Source: Alphaproteobacteria bacterium
GTDB taxonomy: Bacteria > Pseudomonadota > Alphaproteobacteria > Rs-D84
Direction of reading: 5' to 3'
DNA length: 64,000 nt
NCBI GenBank assembly: GCA_017443235.1
Contig: JAFSOV010000017.1
Coordinates: forward strand, 32,947-96,946
The position numbers and the translations under genes are program-made. The notes beneath the pieces are model-generated. The model was not told the origin of the DNA and made no database searches. It saw only the letters and a list, made by a program, of their open reading frames with translations. Below, piece by piece: positions 30,607-40,562 of this stretch (positions are counted from its first letter, which is position 1; the number at the start of each line of letters is the position of its first letter).

Positions 30607-31218
30607 ATGTTAAAAAATATTGTAATTTTTGCACTGTGTTTTTTACCTGTTTTGTCTTTTGCAAACGATTGTGTTAAATACAAACAAACACCAAGTATAA
30701 ATGTAAATTCGCCGATATATAAAAAAAATATTATTCAATCAAATGAACAAATGGATAAATTTCACGGAAATGTGATTGCCACATTGGTTGAAGATTACGA
30801 CATTGCGGTTGATATATTTTCAACGCCTGGCGGATATTGTGTTGTATTAAAATCTGTGGATGCGTTGATTGGATATAACGATTTTTCTGTTAAAATTGAT
30901 GGTTCGCATAAATCGGGTTCTTGTTCATATAATGCGGTATTGAATCACGAAGATAAACATATAAATGCATATTTGTCTGTGATGGATGATTTAGGTATGG
31001 ATATAAACAGTTCGATATTTAATGCCGCAGATTCAATAATGCCAATATTTGTATCATCACGTGATGATATAGATTTTGCGGTGGAAGAAATAAATTATGA
31101 AATGCGTCAACATCCAGAATTGATTTTAATGAAACAAAAAATCAACGCAGCCCAAGAAATTCGTAATAAACGCGTTGACCAAAACGAAGATAATCACGAA
31201 TTAAAATCGTGTTTATAG
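30607..31218 (+). CDS. secreted protein with HExxH motif (putative Zn-metallopeptidase, DUF922-like?)
   Basis: Start at ATG 30607 (MLKNIVIFALCFLPVLSFA signal peptide). Contains LNHEDKHINAY. The track start at 30499 lies inside virB4. Confidence 0.45.
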   Translation: MLKNIVIFALCFLPVLSFANDCVKYKQTPSINVNSPIYKKNIIQSNEQMDKFHGNVIATLVEDYDIAVDIFSTPGGYCVVLKSVDALIGYNDFSVKIDGSHKSGSCSYNAVLNHEDKHINAYLSVMDDLGMDINSSIFNAADSIMPIFVSSRDDIDFAVEEINYEMRQHPELILMKQKINAAQEIRNKRVDQNEDNHELKSCL

Positions 31219-31239
31219 TGGTTAGTGTTAGTGGTTAGT
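31216..31239. repeat. TTAGTGG heptad array beginning at the stop codon
   Basis: TAGTGGTTAGTGTTAGTGGTTAGT. Confidence 0.8.
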
Positions 31240-31263
31240 AAAACGGCGCATTGCGCCGTTTTT
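31240..31263. terminator. bidirectional intrinsic terminator
   Basis: AAAACGGCGCATTGCGCCGTTTTT between two convergent genes. Confidence 0.8.
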
Positions 31264-31474
31264 AATTCATCTTGCATCGCAACATACAAAAACCGCGAGT
31301 GAATAACGTTATTAAAATATTTTCTGGAATTGGTTCTTTGCCGCATTCGTACCTGTGCCATTGTCTAACAGATATATGAAACATTTTCGCCAAATCTTTT
31401 GTTTTCATATTTTGATTTTTTCGTGTGCAACGCAATATTTTTCCAAAATACTTTGAATCAACCAATACAACCAT
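31262..31474 (-). CDS. 70-aa XRE-family helix-turn-helix protein (cassette class 2)
   Basis: MKTKDLAKMFHISVRQWHRYECGKEPIP is a typical HTH. GGAGG RBS. Paralog of 62627-62854. Confidence 0.75.
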   Translation of the reverse strand: MVVLVDSKYFGKILRCTRKNQNMKTKDLAKMFHISVRQWHRYECGKEPIPENILITLFTRGFCMLRCKMN

Positions 31475-31499
31475 TTTTTACCTCCATATTTTTATTGTT

Positions 31500-31651
31500 A
31501 AAAAACCGTCAATGACAGGTTGACGGTTGGAGGCTAGAAAACCACATATATAAGATGGGTGTCGCTTATTCAATATATTCGCGACCCTCCAACCAAGTGG
31601 AGTTTTATATATATAGGGATTTTCTAGACCCCGCAACGGTGTCATCCGCGC
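31500..31651 (-). ncRNA. structured leader RNA, cassette copy C
   Basis: S1 31627-31619/31542-31534. Hairpin 31585-31561 (GTCGC, loop, GCGAC). GGTTGGAGG 31594-31586 vs CCTCCAACC 31533-31525, overlapping terminator 31528-31504 plus a T-run. Confidence 0.7.
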
Positions 31652-31657
31652 AAGCGT

Positions 31658-31686
31658 ATTATAATTGAAAACGGTTGCGATTGCAA
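31658..31686 (-). promoter_or_regulatory. sigma70 promoter of cassette C, embedded in the dnaG terminator hairpin
   Basis: TTGCAA (31686-81), 17 nt, TATAAT (31663-58). Same architecture as 62367-62395. Confidence 0.65.
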
Positions 31687-31694
31687 CCGTTTTG

Positions 31695-31789
31695 CAACTA
31701 CCCCGCCACCGCTGGTGGCCCTCCCCTTCTGAATCCACCCCAAAAAATTTCATTTTTCGGGGGCCCCGGTATAAGAAGGGGACTATCCA
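31695..31789. repeat. CCCCTTC/GAAGGGG...GGGGTAG REP-like unit (variant)
   Basis: Minus-strand reading: TCCCCTTC...GAAGGGGAGGGCCACCAGCGGTGGCGGGGTAG. Related to 43914-43960, 54259-54394 and 62558-62603. Confidence 0.55.
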
Positions 31790-33403
31790 CTAAACCAACA
31801 TTTCAAATTTTTCACGCATACGGGAAATTTCATCGTCTATACGGCGGATTTCCACGCTTACATCATTTTCTCCGGCAAGACCACGCGCGGTTAAATCACG
31901 TTTTTGTTTTTCTAAACTTTCAATATATTTTTGAATCTTTAACGAAATTATATACTTTTCCGCGGAATTCAAATCTAAATCAAAGTTTGGTTTTATATTT
32001 GAATCCAAATCCAGGTTAAATTTACTAATAAAATCGCCATACCTTTCGGCAATTTCCGGATATTTATTTACAATGTATATAAGTATGTTTTTGATAACAT
32101 TATCAATTTCTGGAACTTCTATATTTGATGAATTTTTTGAACCGTTATAATCTCGCCATTCTTTATATCTGCGATTTTTATAATCACGTTCATATTCATA
32201 CTTTAATAAATTATCTTGTATTTTATCTGTGCTTTGTTTCAAGAATTTTTCTGCCTGGGTTCGACCGGATGGCGTTTTTATTAAAAAATTCTTATTTGCT
32301 ATATTCCACAGAAAATCAACCAAAGGAACCGCATTGTTTATAATTTTCTCCATTTCCCCCCTGCCCGATTTGCGCAGTATTTCATCCGGGTCTTTGCCGC
32401 CCGTCACAAATGCAAAACTGACATTCGAATTATCACGCAAGAACGGTAATATTATACCGCACGCACGTGCCGCGGCCTTTTGTCCCGCGTTATCACCATC
32501 AAAACAGAAAACAATATTCCGGTTTGCCTTGCATAAAATTGCGATATGGTCTTCGGTCAATGCGGTACCAAGTGGCGCAACCGTTTCACCAAAACCATTA
32601 CATTGCATTTGAATTGCATCTATTTGCCCCTCTACAATAATTGCGCGGTTTGCGCGGTGTATATTTTCGCGTGCAAAATTAAACCCAAACAAAGTTTGCC
32701 GTTTGTGAAACATTTCTGTGTCTGTGGTATTTATATATTTTGGCTCTGACCCGTCCAGGCTGCGCCCGGAAAAAGCAACAATTTGCCCCCGCGCATTAAA
32801 AATTGGAAACATCAATTTATCGCGAAAGAAATCGTACAGGCCATATTCACCGCGGCGTACCAAACCCGTTGCAATAAGTTTTTCTTGTTTTGTGTTCACA
32901 AATTTATTTGCAATTATGTTATTTTTTGGTGCGTACCCAATACCATATTTTTTTATCATTTCATCACTGAACCCGCGCCCACGTATGTAGGACAGCGCAT
33001 GTGCACCTTCGGGTGCGAATAATTTTTCCGCGTATATTTTTGCCGCCGCGGTTGTAATTGTCACATATGTTTCTTCGGCCTCGATTTGTTCTGCGGTTTT
33101 TGGTTTGTATTCCGGCAACTTTAATCCCGCCATATCGGCCAATTCGGCAATTGCGGTTTTGAAATCAACATGTTCACTTTCCATAGTAAAAGAAATAATA
33201 TCACCGTGTTTTCCGCAACCAAAACAGTGATAAAAACCTTTTTCTTCACTGACCGAAAAAGATGGTGTTTTTTCATTATGAAATGGGCAACACCCCCAAT
33301 AATTTTGACCTTTCTTGACCAGTGGTACACGACGGGATATAACGTCTACGATGGAAAGTCGTTCACGTAATTGGTCGGTAAAATTATTGTCATATTTCGC
33401 CAT
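31790..33403 (-). CDS. dnaG: DNA primase
   Basis: Zinc finger CPFHNEKTPSFSV...CFGCGKHGD. TOPRIM IIVEGQIDA. Confidence 0.9.
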   Translation of the reverse strand: MAKYDNNFTDQLRERLSIVDVISRRVPLVKKGQNYWGCCPFHNEKTPSFSVSEEKGFYHCFGCGKHGDIISFTMESEHVDFKTAIAELADMAGLKLPEYKPKTAEQIEAEETYVTITTAAAKIYAEKLFAPEGAHALSYIRGRGFSDEMIKKYGIGYAPKNNIIANKFVNTKQEKLIATGLVRRGEYGLYDFFRDKLMFPIFNARGQIVAFSGRSLDGSEPKYINTTDTEMFHKRQTLFGFNFARENIHRANRAIIVEGQIDAIQMQCNGFGETVAPLGTALTEDHIAILCKANRNIVFCFDGDNAGQKAAARACGIILPFLRDNSNVSFAFVTGGKDPDEILRKSGRGEMEKIINNAVPLVDFLWNIANKNFLIKTPSGRTQAEKFLKQSTDKIQDNLLKYEYERDYKNRRYKEWRDYNGSKNSSNIEVPEIDNVIKNILIYIVNKYPEIAERYGDFISKFNLDLDSNIKPNFDLDLNSAEKYIISLKIQKYIESLEKQKRDLTARGLAGENDVSVEIRRIDDEISRMREKFEMLV

Positions 33404-35637
33404 TATTTTTTGCTAAATCTTTTAGTTGGTTTTTTATTGTTTATCAAATCTATGGCGGTTTCCAAATCGGGTTGTTCGGTCACACCGACATTGACGCGAT
33501 TTGATGATATATACGCACCATAACGGCCGGTTGGATAGAAATAAATCATTTTATCGGTCTTTGGATTTTTACCCAATTCAATTGGTTCAACTTTTTTCTT
33601 GTCCGCGGAAAGTAATTCATGTGCGATTTCCAATGTTATGCTATCGCGTGTATATTTCCGCGCACTGGCGTTTTTCTTGCCGTCCGTCACATATGGGCCA
33701 AATTTACCAACACGGTATGAAATGCCTTCGCCCAATTCCATTGGTTCATTTTTGTTTTGTGTCTGTACGGCGGAATCAGTCGTATTCAACCGCATAGTAT
33801 AATCACATTTTGGGTAATTTTCGCATCCAATAAACGGACCAAATTTCGAAAGTTTTATACCCAACGCGCCGCCACATTTTGGACATTTATTATCGCCATT
33901 TGGGAACATATGTTTTTTCATAAATGTATTTATTTCATCGATAATATCGCCGGTTTTAACATCGCGCGCGCCGGAAATCATACCACGTGTATCGCCCCAG
34001 AAATCATTTAATGCGGCAATTTTTTCGGTTTTACCATTTGATACATCGTCCAAAGTGTCTTCGGTTTTTGCGGTAAAGTTCACATCAACCAAATCGGCAA
34101 AATATTTTGCCAAATATGCCGCAATAACCCAACCGCCCGATGTTGGATGAAAACGGCGCTGTTTATCCTGTTCAACATATTTGCGGTCAACAATGGTTGA
34201 CATAATCGTTGCATACGTTGATGGGCGGCCTATACCCAATTCTTCCAATTTTTTAACCAAAGATGCCTCGGTATAACGTGCCGGTGGTTGTGTAAAATGC
34301 TGGGCAGGTGTAATTTCGGTAATTGTTATTTTATCGCCAACATCCATTGCCGGTAATTTTGCATCCGTATCATCATCATTGTCATCACGGTCTTCGATAT
34401 AAACCTTCATAAAGCCGTCAAATGTGCGTGTACGCCCAACCGCGTGGAATGTGGCAATTTTATTATCGGTCAAAATATCGGCCGCAACAGAATCAAATTC
34501 TGCATTTGTCATTTGACATGCAATTGTTCGTTTCCATATCAAATCATATAATTTCTTTTCGTCACCCAAAAGCCCGTTTGCGGGTGCATCAAAGTGTGTT
34601 GGGCGAATTGCTTCGTGTGCCTCTTGCGCATTTTTTGATTTGGTCACATATACATTTGGTGATGCGGGCAAGAATTTATCGCCATAGTTTTTCGCAATAA
34701 ATTTCCTGATTTCGCCAACCGCTTCGGCGGATAAATTTGTTGCATCGGTACGCATATATGTAATAAAACCGTTTTCATACAGTTTTTGCGCCACCGACAT
34801 AGTCTTTTTCGATGAAAAATAGAGTTTGCGTGCGGCTTCTTGTTGCAACGTACTGGTTGTGAATGGTGCATACGGTTTATTTGAAACTTTTTTTCGTTCT
34901 ATACGTGACACCGCGGCGCATACAGGCGTTTTTAACTTTGATAAAATTTTATCGACATCGGCATTATTTTTCAGCGTCATCTTGTCAATTTTTTCGCCAT
35001 CAAAAACGGTCAATGTTGAATCAAAATTTTGTTTATTAAAATCACATTTTGCGCCCACAGACCAATATTCGGTTGCCACAAAATCTTCGATTTCGCGTTC
35101 GCGATCAACAACCAATTTAACCGCAACCGATTGCACGCGACCGGCGGATTTTCCAAGGTTCCGCCGCCACAGCAATGGCGATATTTCAAAACCAATTAAA
35201 TAATCCAACGCACGCCGCACCAAATATGCATCAACCAAATTTTTATCAATCTCACGCGGGTGGGCAATTGCGTCCGTCACCGCATTTTTTGTAATTTCGT
35301 GAAATGCAACACGATACACCGGCGTTTTCCCAAGTAATTTTTTTGAATTTAATATGTCCAGTATATGCCATGCAATTGCCTCGCCTTCACGGTCAGGATC
35401 CGATGCCAGATAAACCGCATCCGCCTTTTTAACATTATCAGTGATAAGTTTAATTTGTTTTTCTTTGCCCGGCATAATTTGCCAACGCATTTCAAAGTCG
35501 TGTTCTGTATCAACACTGCCATTTTCGGGAACCAAGTCGCGCACGTGACCAACCGACGCAATAACATGCCACCCAGACCCAAGGTATTTTTCAATTGTTT
35601 TTGCCTTTGATGGAGATTCTACGATAAGTAAATTCAT
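33403..35637 (-). CDS. topA: DNA topoisomerase I
   Basis: MNLLIVESPSKAKTIEKYLG, DPDREGE, C-terminal CPKCGG...CENYPKC. Start trimmed to 35637. TAATG overlap with dnaG. Confidence 0.9.
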   Translation of the reverse strand: MNLLIVESPSKAKTIEKYLGSGWHVIASVGHVRDLVPENGSVDTEHDFEMRWQIMPGKEKQIKLITDNVKKADAVYLASDPDREGEAIAWHILDILNSKKLLGKTPVYRVAFHEITKNAVTDAIAHPREIDKNLVDAYLVRRALDYLIGFEISPLLWRRNLGKSAGRVQSVAVKLVVDREREIEDFVATEYWSVGAKCDFNKQNFDSTLTVFDGEKIDKMTLKNNADVDKILSKLKTPVCAAVSRIERKKVSNKPYAPFTTSTLQQEAARKLYFSSKKTMSVAQKLYENGFITYMRTDATNLSAEAVGEIRKFIAKNYGDKFLPASPNVYVTKSKNAQEAHEAIRPTHFDAPANGLLGDEKKLYDLIWKRTIACQMTNAEFDSVAADILTDNKIATFHAVGRTRTFDGFMKVYIEDRDDNDDDTDAKLPAMDVGDKITITEITPAQHFTQPPARYTEASLVKKLEELGIGRPSTYATIMSTIVDRKYVEQDKQRRFHPTSGGWVIAAYLAKYFADLVDVNFTAKTEDTLDDVSNGKTEKIAALNDFWGDTRGMISGARDVKTGDIIDEINTFMKKHMFPNGDNKCPKCGGALGIKLSKFGPFIGCENYPKCDYTMRLNTTDSAVQTQNKNEPMELGEGISYRVGKFGPYVTDGKKNASARKYTRDSITLEIAHELLSADKKKVEPIELGKNPKTDKMIYFYPTGRYGAYISSNRVNVGVTEQPDLETAIDLINNKKPTKRFSKK

Positions 35638-35638
35638 T

Positions 35639-36784
35639 TTAACTTCCTTTGGCCGATAATTGTTGGTCTTTATGTATATGTGCATTTTCACAAAGTCCAA
35701 AGCCGAACATTAGTGATAAAAGACTGCTGCCGCCAAAGGACATAAGTGGTAATGGCACACCCACGGTTGGAACAAGCCCAAGCACCATAGAAATATTTAT
35801 AAAATAATAAATGAAAAAGTTCAACATAAAACCAAAACATACCAATTGCCCGAACCTGTTGCGGCACGTTTTTGCCGCCCAGAACAGTATAGCAACAATA
35901 GAACTGTATAAAATCAACAGTAAAAACGCACCCAAAAAACCGAATTCTTCACCCAACATAGTGAATATAAAATCTGTCTGTTTTTCTGGTAAAAACGATT
36001 GTTGTGATTGAGAACCATTCAAATAACCTTTGCCAAAGAAACCGCCACTGCCGAATGCTATTTTTGCCTGGTTTATTTGATAACCGGCACCACGCGCATC
36101 ATGTTCGGGGTTTATAAATGTTATAATTCGTTCGCGTTGATATTGGTGCAGGCCGCCGTACCAAACAACCGGTGCGGCCATAACGGCCAGTATCGCACCA
36201 ATAATAAACCATTTTTTATTCGCCCCAATAATATAAAACATTCCAACCGTAATCATCGCAATAGACAATGCGGTGCCTAAATCAGGCTGCATAACAATCA
36301 GTGCAAACGGAAATAACATCATAAGTGACGGCACAATATAATTTTTGAATTTGGTCAAATCAACCGAATTCATCCACGCAAAATATCGGGCCAATGCCAA
36401 AACAAGCGCCATTTTGAACATCTCGGACGGTTGAATATGTATGAACCCCAGGTTTAACCAACGTTGCGCCCCCATGCCTGTATGCCCAATAAACGTCACC
36501 AAAATAATAAGAATCAGTGCAATTGCATAAATAATATTTGCCGATTTTATCCACAGTTTTATATTCGTAAATGCCGCAATTGAAAACACACCGAAACCAA
36601 CAATAATCTTCATCAATTGCGACAGGGCAAATGGATGCCACGCGCCACCGCCCGCGGAATACAGCATTACAACCGATATAATCAAAACCAAACACATTGG
36701 AACAAACAACGGCCACGAAAAACGGGACAGTTTTTCGGAAAAACTCATCATATTTGCATTTGAAACACGTGTTTGCCTGGTCAT
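35639..36784 (-). CDS. rodA: peptidoglycan glycosyltransferase RodA (SEDS family)
   Basis: FtsW/RodA-type polytopic membrane protein directly downstream of PBP2. Confidence 0.85.
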   Translation of the reverse strand: MTRQTRVSNANMMSFSEKLSRFSWPLFVPMCLVLIISVVMLYSAGGGAWHPFALSQLMKIIVGFGVFSIAAFTNIKLWIKSANIIYAIALILIILVTFIGHTGMGAQRWLNLGFIHIQPSEMFKMALVLALARYFAWMNSVDLTKFKNYIVPSLMMLFPFALIVMQPDLGTALSIAMITVGMFYIIGANKKWFIIGAILAVMAAPVVWYGGLHQYQRERIITFINPEHDARGAGYQINQAKIAFGSGGFFGKGYLNGSQSQQSFLPEKQTDFIFTMLGEEFGFLGAFLLLILYSSIVAILFWAAKTCRNRFGQLVCFGFMLNFFIYYFINISMVLGLVPTVGVPLPLMSFGGSSLLSLMFGFGLCENAHIHKDQQLSAKGS

Positions 36785-36788
36785 CTTA

Positions 36789-38561
36789 TTATTCGTTCTC
36801 TAATAGTTTTTTCATTGTTGCGGCGGCGGTGCGTGCGGCACTGCCACTGGACCCGGAATGTTCTGTAATCACGCATACGGCGTATTTTGGCGCATTCGTT
36901 GGTGCATATCCAACAAACAGCCCGTGATTACGCATATTCCATTTTAATTGTTCATTTGTCAATACGCCCTTTAATCGTTCGGCCTTGGAAATACTGCGAA
37001 CCTGGGACGTGCCGGTTTTTCCACCCATTTTTGCACCGTTCACATTTATTGCACTGCCCGATGCGGTACCGCCCTGCTTTAACACTTCTTCCAACCCGTT
37101 CAAAACCAGTTTGATATTTTTTTCGTGCATCCCCATAGTTTTGAAATTCGGTTTTTTATCACTTTGAATCAGTCGCGGCACCACACGTTTATTTGACGCA
37201 ACGCGCGCCATCATAACCGCCAATTGCATACAGTTCACCAATATAAACCCTTGGCCAATTCCAGAAATAATAGTATCCCCGTGAACCCATTTTGAACCAA
37301 TGTTTGATTCTTTCCATTTTCTGTCTGGAATAACACCGGCCATTTGTTTAGAAATAATATTTTCAATATATTTTTCGGTCATACCCAAACGAATTGCCAT
37401 ACGTTTAATTGCATCGATACCAATGCGCAACGCCAATTGATAAAAATAAATATCGCAAGAATGTTTTAATGCACCAACCAAGTTCACTTTACCGTGACCT
37501 TTGGCCTCCCAACAATGGTAACGGCGGTCACCGTAATCCCAATGCCCCGGACAAAAAACGGTTTCATTTGGCGTGACCGCGCCGGCCTCCAACGCCGCAA
37601 GCGCGACAATAATCTTGAACGTGGAACCCGGTGGATACAAACCTTCAAACACTTTGTTCATAAAAGGTTTTGCAAAGTTTTGTCGCAGACTTTCCAAATA
37701 TTCTTCTGAATCATCACCGGAAAAGTTATTCGGGTCAAAACTGGGGGTGGATGCCATTGCCAAAATATCACCGGTTTCAATATCCAATGCGACACCGCAT
37801 CCGGCCTGGTGCAAAGTCAGTGAATCGTACAAAGTTCGCTGGGCCGCATCGTTTATTGTTGTTTTTACATCACCCCCACCCACGGATGGTTTGAATTGAG
37901 TTTTGTCTTCGCCGGTCACGCGTCCAACCGCGTTTGTTATCATAACGGTTTGTCCCGGTGTTCCCGACATATTTTTATTAAATGTTTTTTCTAATCCGGT
38001 TATACCCGTGGTATAAAACGGTGCGTTTGCAACCGGTTTGTCCGGCGCACCAACATACCCAAAAAACTGCGCCCCCGCCGGTCCCAATTCATATACGCGG
38101 CCATATCCACTTTCCACGTGCAAACCCGCCAAGTTTTTTGCCTGGACCCGGGCAAGGGTGTCCCAATCGGCATTTTCACTGATTAAAACAGGTTGAAATT
38201 TTTGTTGTTTTTTTATACGCGCCCATATTTTATCAACGCGTTTTTTTGACAGTTTCAAATCATTGGCAACCGTATCCACCAATGTTTCTAAATCTTCGGT
38301 TTCTTCGGGAATAATGTATATGCGATAAATTGGCGCATCGTGTGATATAATTGACCCTGTGCGGGATAAAATTTTTCCACGTTCAGGCATATTTATTTGA
38401 ATACGGAATGAATTATTTTCGCTTTTCTTTTTATACCCACGATATCCAAAAATTTGCATTTGCAACATACGCAACACCAATCCAGATGTAAGAATCATAC
38501 CTGTTGTTAAAAACAGTGCACTGCGCCGGTCAAATTGTTTAGATATTTCTGTATCAATCAT
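36789..38561 (-). CDS. mrdA: penicillin-binding protein 2
   Basis: STFK, KTGTSQ. Context mreCD to rodA. Confidence 0.85.
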   Translation of the reverse strand: MIDTEISKQFDRRSALFLTTGMILTSGLVLRMLQMQIFGYRGYKKKSENNSFRIQINMPERGKILSRTGSIISHDAPIYRIYIIPEETEDLETLVDTVANDLKLSKKRVDKIWARIKKQQKFQPVLISENADWDTLARVQAKNLAGLHVESGYGRVYELGPAGAQFFGYVGAPDKPVANAPFYTTGITGLEKTFNKNMSGTPGQTVMITNAVGRVTGEDKTQFKPSVGGGDVKTTINDAAQRTLYDSLTLHQAGCGVALDIETGDILAMASTPSFDPNNFSGDDSEEYLESLRQNFAKPFMNKVFEGLYPPGSTFKIIVALAALEAGAVTPNETVFCPGHWDYGDRRYHCWEAKGHGKVNLVGALKHSCDIYFYQLALRIGIDAIKRMAIRLGMTEKYIENIISKQMAGVIPDRKWKESNIGSKWVHGDTIISGIGQGFILVNCMQLAVMMARVASNKRVVPRLIQSDKKPNFKTMGMHEKNIKLVLNGLEEVLKQGGTASGSAINVNGAKMGGKTGTSQVRSISKAERLKGVLTNEQLKWNMRNHGLFVGYAPTNAPKYAVCVITEHSGSSGSAARTAAATMKKLLENE

Positions 38562-39009
38562 TTTGTACCGCCTGGATAGTTGTTGTTATTGGAATATACA
38601 TAATTACAAGGATTAAAAACATCACCGCCCCGTATAACATATTTGCAATACTTAAATGCGATACAACCTGCGACAAAATTATCATTCCAACAAACCCCAT
38701 AAACGGGTATACGCCGTCCCGATTGGTGTGCGTCAAATCAATAAATGTTTGCAGATTCATAACAACATAGAATATACAATAAAAAATCGTCCACATCAAA
38801 ACAGTATTAAACTTGTAATCAAGAAGGAAACAAATCAATATCGCGAACGGCGTAAAATACGGCACCGGCCGTATAAAAGAACAATAAAATATCGGTATAA
38901 TCGCCAATATTCCGCCGGGATTTATCCACGGCACAGATAAACGCCACAACGCCACCGTGATAAAGAATGGAAATAAAACCTGTAAAGATTTTATAATTTG
39001 TCCTTTCAT
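38554..39009 (-). CDS. mreD: rod shape-determining protein MreD
   Basis: 151-aa polytopic membrane protein between mreC and mrdA. Confidence 0.7.
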   Translation of the reverse strand: MKGQIIKSLQVLFPFFITVALWRLSVPWINPGGILAIIPIFYCSFIRPVPYFTPFAILICFLLDYKFNTVLMWTIFYCIFYVVMNLQTFIDLTHTNRDGVYPFMGFVGMIILSQVVSHLSIANMLYGAVMFLILVIMYIPITTTIQAVQND

Positions 39010-39830
39010 TTATATTTGTTTTGTTCAAGATTAAACTTTAACACCATAACGCGGGATAATTCGCGCGGAGTCATAACATCTACATCTGAATCATTTTTCA
39101 TTTTTCCAACAAATATATCGGGCGGTAAAACACCGCTAATACCACTGGTCACCAATTTTACACCGGCATCGGGTTGAAATTTATGGTCGTTGAAGAACCC
39201 AATTGTTGGCGTGTTTGAACCGTTCCCGGCCAAAAATCCATATACTTCGGACCCGGCGATACGAACGGCGATATTGGTGTTTGAATCAATCAAAGAACGT
39301 ACACGTGCAAAATTTGCACCCGCATCTATTACTATCCCGGCCAATGTGTTATCAAAAGATACAACCACCATACCCGCCTCAATTCCATCACGCGAACCAC
39401 GGTTTATAAGAAATGTTCCATGGTGCAACGCCGAATTATCAAATATAACATCTGCAACGACACTGGCATACGGACTTTCGCGAACGATGTCCAATTCGCG
39501 TTCTAATTCTTGGTTTTCAAGCAACGCAATATCACATTTGTTTTTATCGGCCAATGCCTGGTCCAATCGGGCACGTAATTCTTCGTTTTCTTGTTCAAGG
39601 TTATAAAGGGTGTGCACCCGTTTTATGATTTTGCCGCCCGCCCTAATCGGCCAAGTCACCAAATCACCAAGGCCATTTACAACAGGCAATGCAATATGGG
39701 CCACCCCATTCATAACGCGATAATCCGGCTTTGCCACCACAATATATATGAAAACAAACGGCAAAATCGCCGCAACAATCGCGGATTTTATAATTGTGTG
39801 CAATCTGGAAGATGTTTTCTTTGGGTTCAT
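39006..39830 (-). CDS. mreC: rod shape-determining protein MreC
   Basis: N-terminal TM segment, coiled coil (LEQENEELRARLDQ), beta-rich C-terminus. Confidence 0.8.
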   Translation of the reverse strand: MNPKKTSSRLHTIIKSAIVAAILPFVFIYIVVAKPDYRVMNGVAHIALPVVNGLGDLVTWPIRAGGKIIKRVHTLYNLEQENEELRARLDQALADKNKCDIALLENQELERELDIVRESPYASVVADVIFDNSALHHGTFLINRGSRDGIEAGMVVVSFDNTLAGIVIDAGANFARVRSLIDSNTNIAVRIAGSEVYGFLAGNGSNTPTIGFFNDHKFQPDAGVKLVTSGISGVLPPDIFVGKMKNDSDVDVMTPRELSRVMVLKFNLEQNKYK

Positions 39831-39980
39831 TTGTGGTTCAGTTTAAACGTAAAAAAATCATTATTCAATAAAATTCAATAAAAACTTGATTTTTCGTTTA
39901 TTTGTGTCAAAATATGCGCGTTAAACACCCAAAGTGGCAGAGGCATTGCCACCAGGATTATTAAAACAAGAGGTAAAAAA

Positions 39981-40184
39981 ATGCCAAAATTAAAAACAAA
40001 GTCATACTTGAAAAAGCGTGCAAGAGTGACGGCGACCGGTAAAATCAACGTTCGCAGAAACGCCCACAAAAAACTGTTGCGTAAAAAATCCGCGCGTGCG
40101 AATAACGCCGGGTCCAAGGCACAATATCTTAACGAAAACATGGTGGCTCAGGCTAAAATCCTGGCTCCGTACGGTTTGAAATAA
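39981..40184 (+). CDS. rpmI: 50S ribosomal protein L35
   Basis: MPKLKTKSYLKKRARVTATGKI. Confidence 0.9.
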   Translation: MPKLKTKSYLKKRARVTATGKINVRRNAHKKLLRKKSARANNAGSKAQYLNENMVAQAKILAPYGLK

Positions 40185-40196
40185 AAGGGGGCGAAA

Positions 40197-40562
40197 ATGG
40201 CAAGGGTAAAACGTGGAACAACGGTTCGTCAAAAACACAATAAAATTCTTGAACGTGCCAAGGGTTATCTTGGCCGCCACAGCAGCACATATCGTGCCGC
40301 ACGCGAAAAATCTGAAAAGGCGGGTCAGTACGCATATCGCGATCGCCGCGCCAAAAAACGCGATTTTCGCAGTTTGTGGATTGTCCGTATCAATGCGGCG
40401 GTCCGCACCAATGGTATCACATACAGCCAGTTTATGAACGGCCTGCGCAAGGCGGGGATTGAATTGGACCGCAAGGTTTTGGCGGAAATGGCCTATGCGG
40501 GTGATAAAAACTTCACCAAATTGGTTGATACCGCAAAACGATTTATCAAGGGTGAAAAATAA
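40197..40562 (+). CDS. rplT: 50S ribosomal protein L20
   Basis: [18 protein letters not shown]...[16 protein letters not shown]. Confidence 0.95.
   Translation: MARVKRGTTVRQKHNKILERAKGYLGRHSSTYRAAREKSEKAGQYAYRDRRAKKRDFRSLWIVRINAAVRTNGITYSQFMNGLRKAGIELDRKVLAEMAYAGDKNFTKLVDTAKRFIKGEK

Noticed and set aside
31478-31753. 91-aa ORF on the minus strand covering leader RNA copy C
   Set aside because: It runs straight through the conserved RNA helices and the terminator. In paralogous copy D the equivalent frame is broken within about 12 codons by indels. Conservation follows base pairing, not codons.
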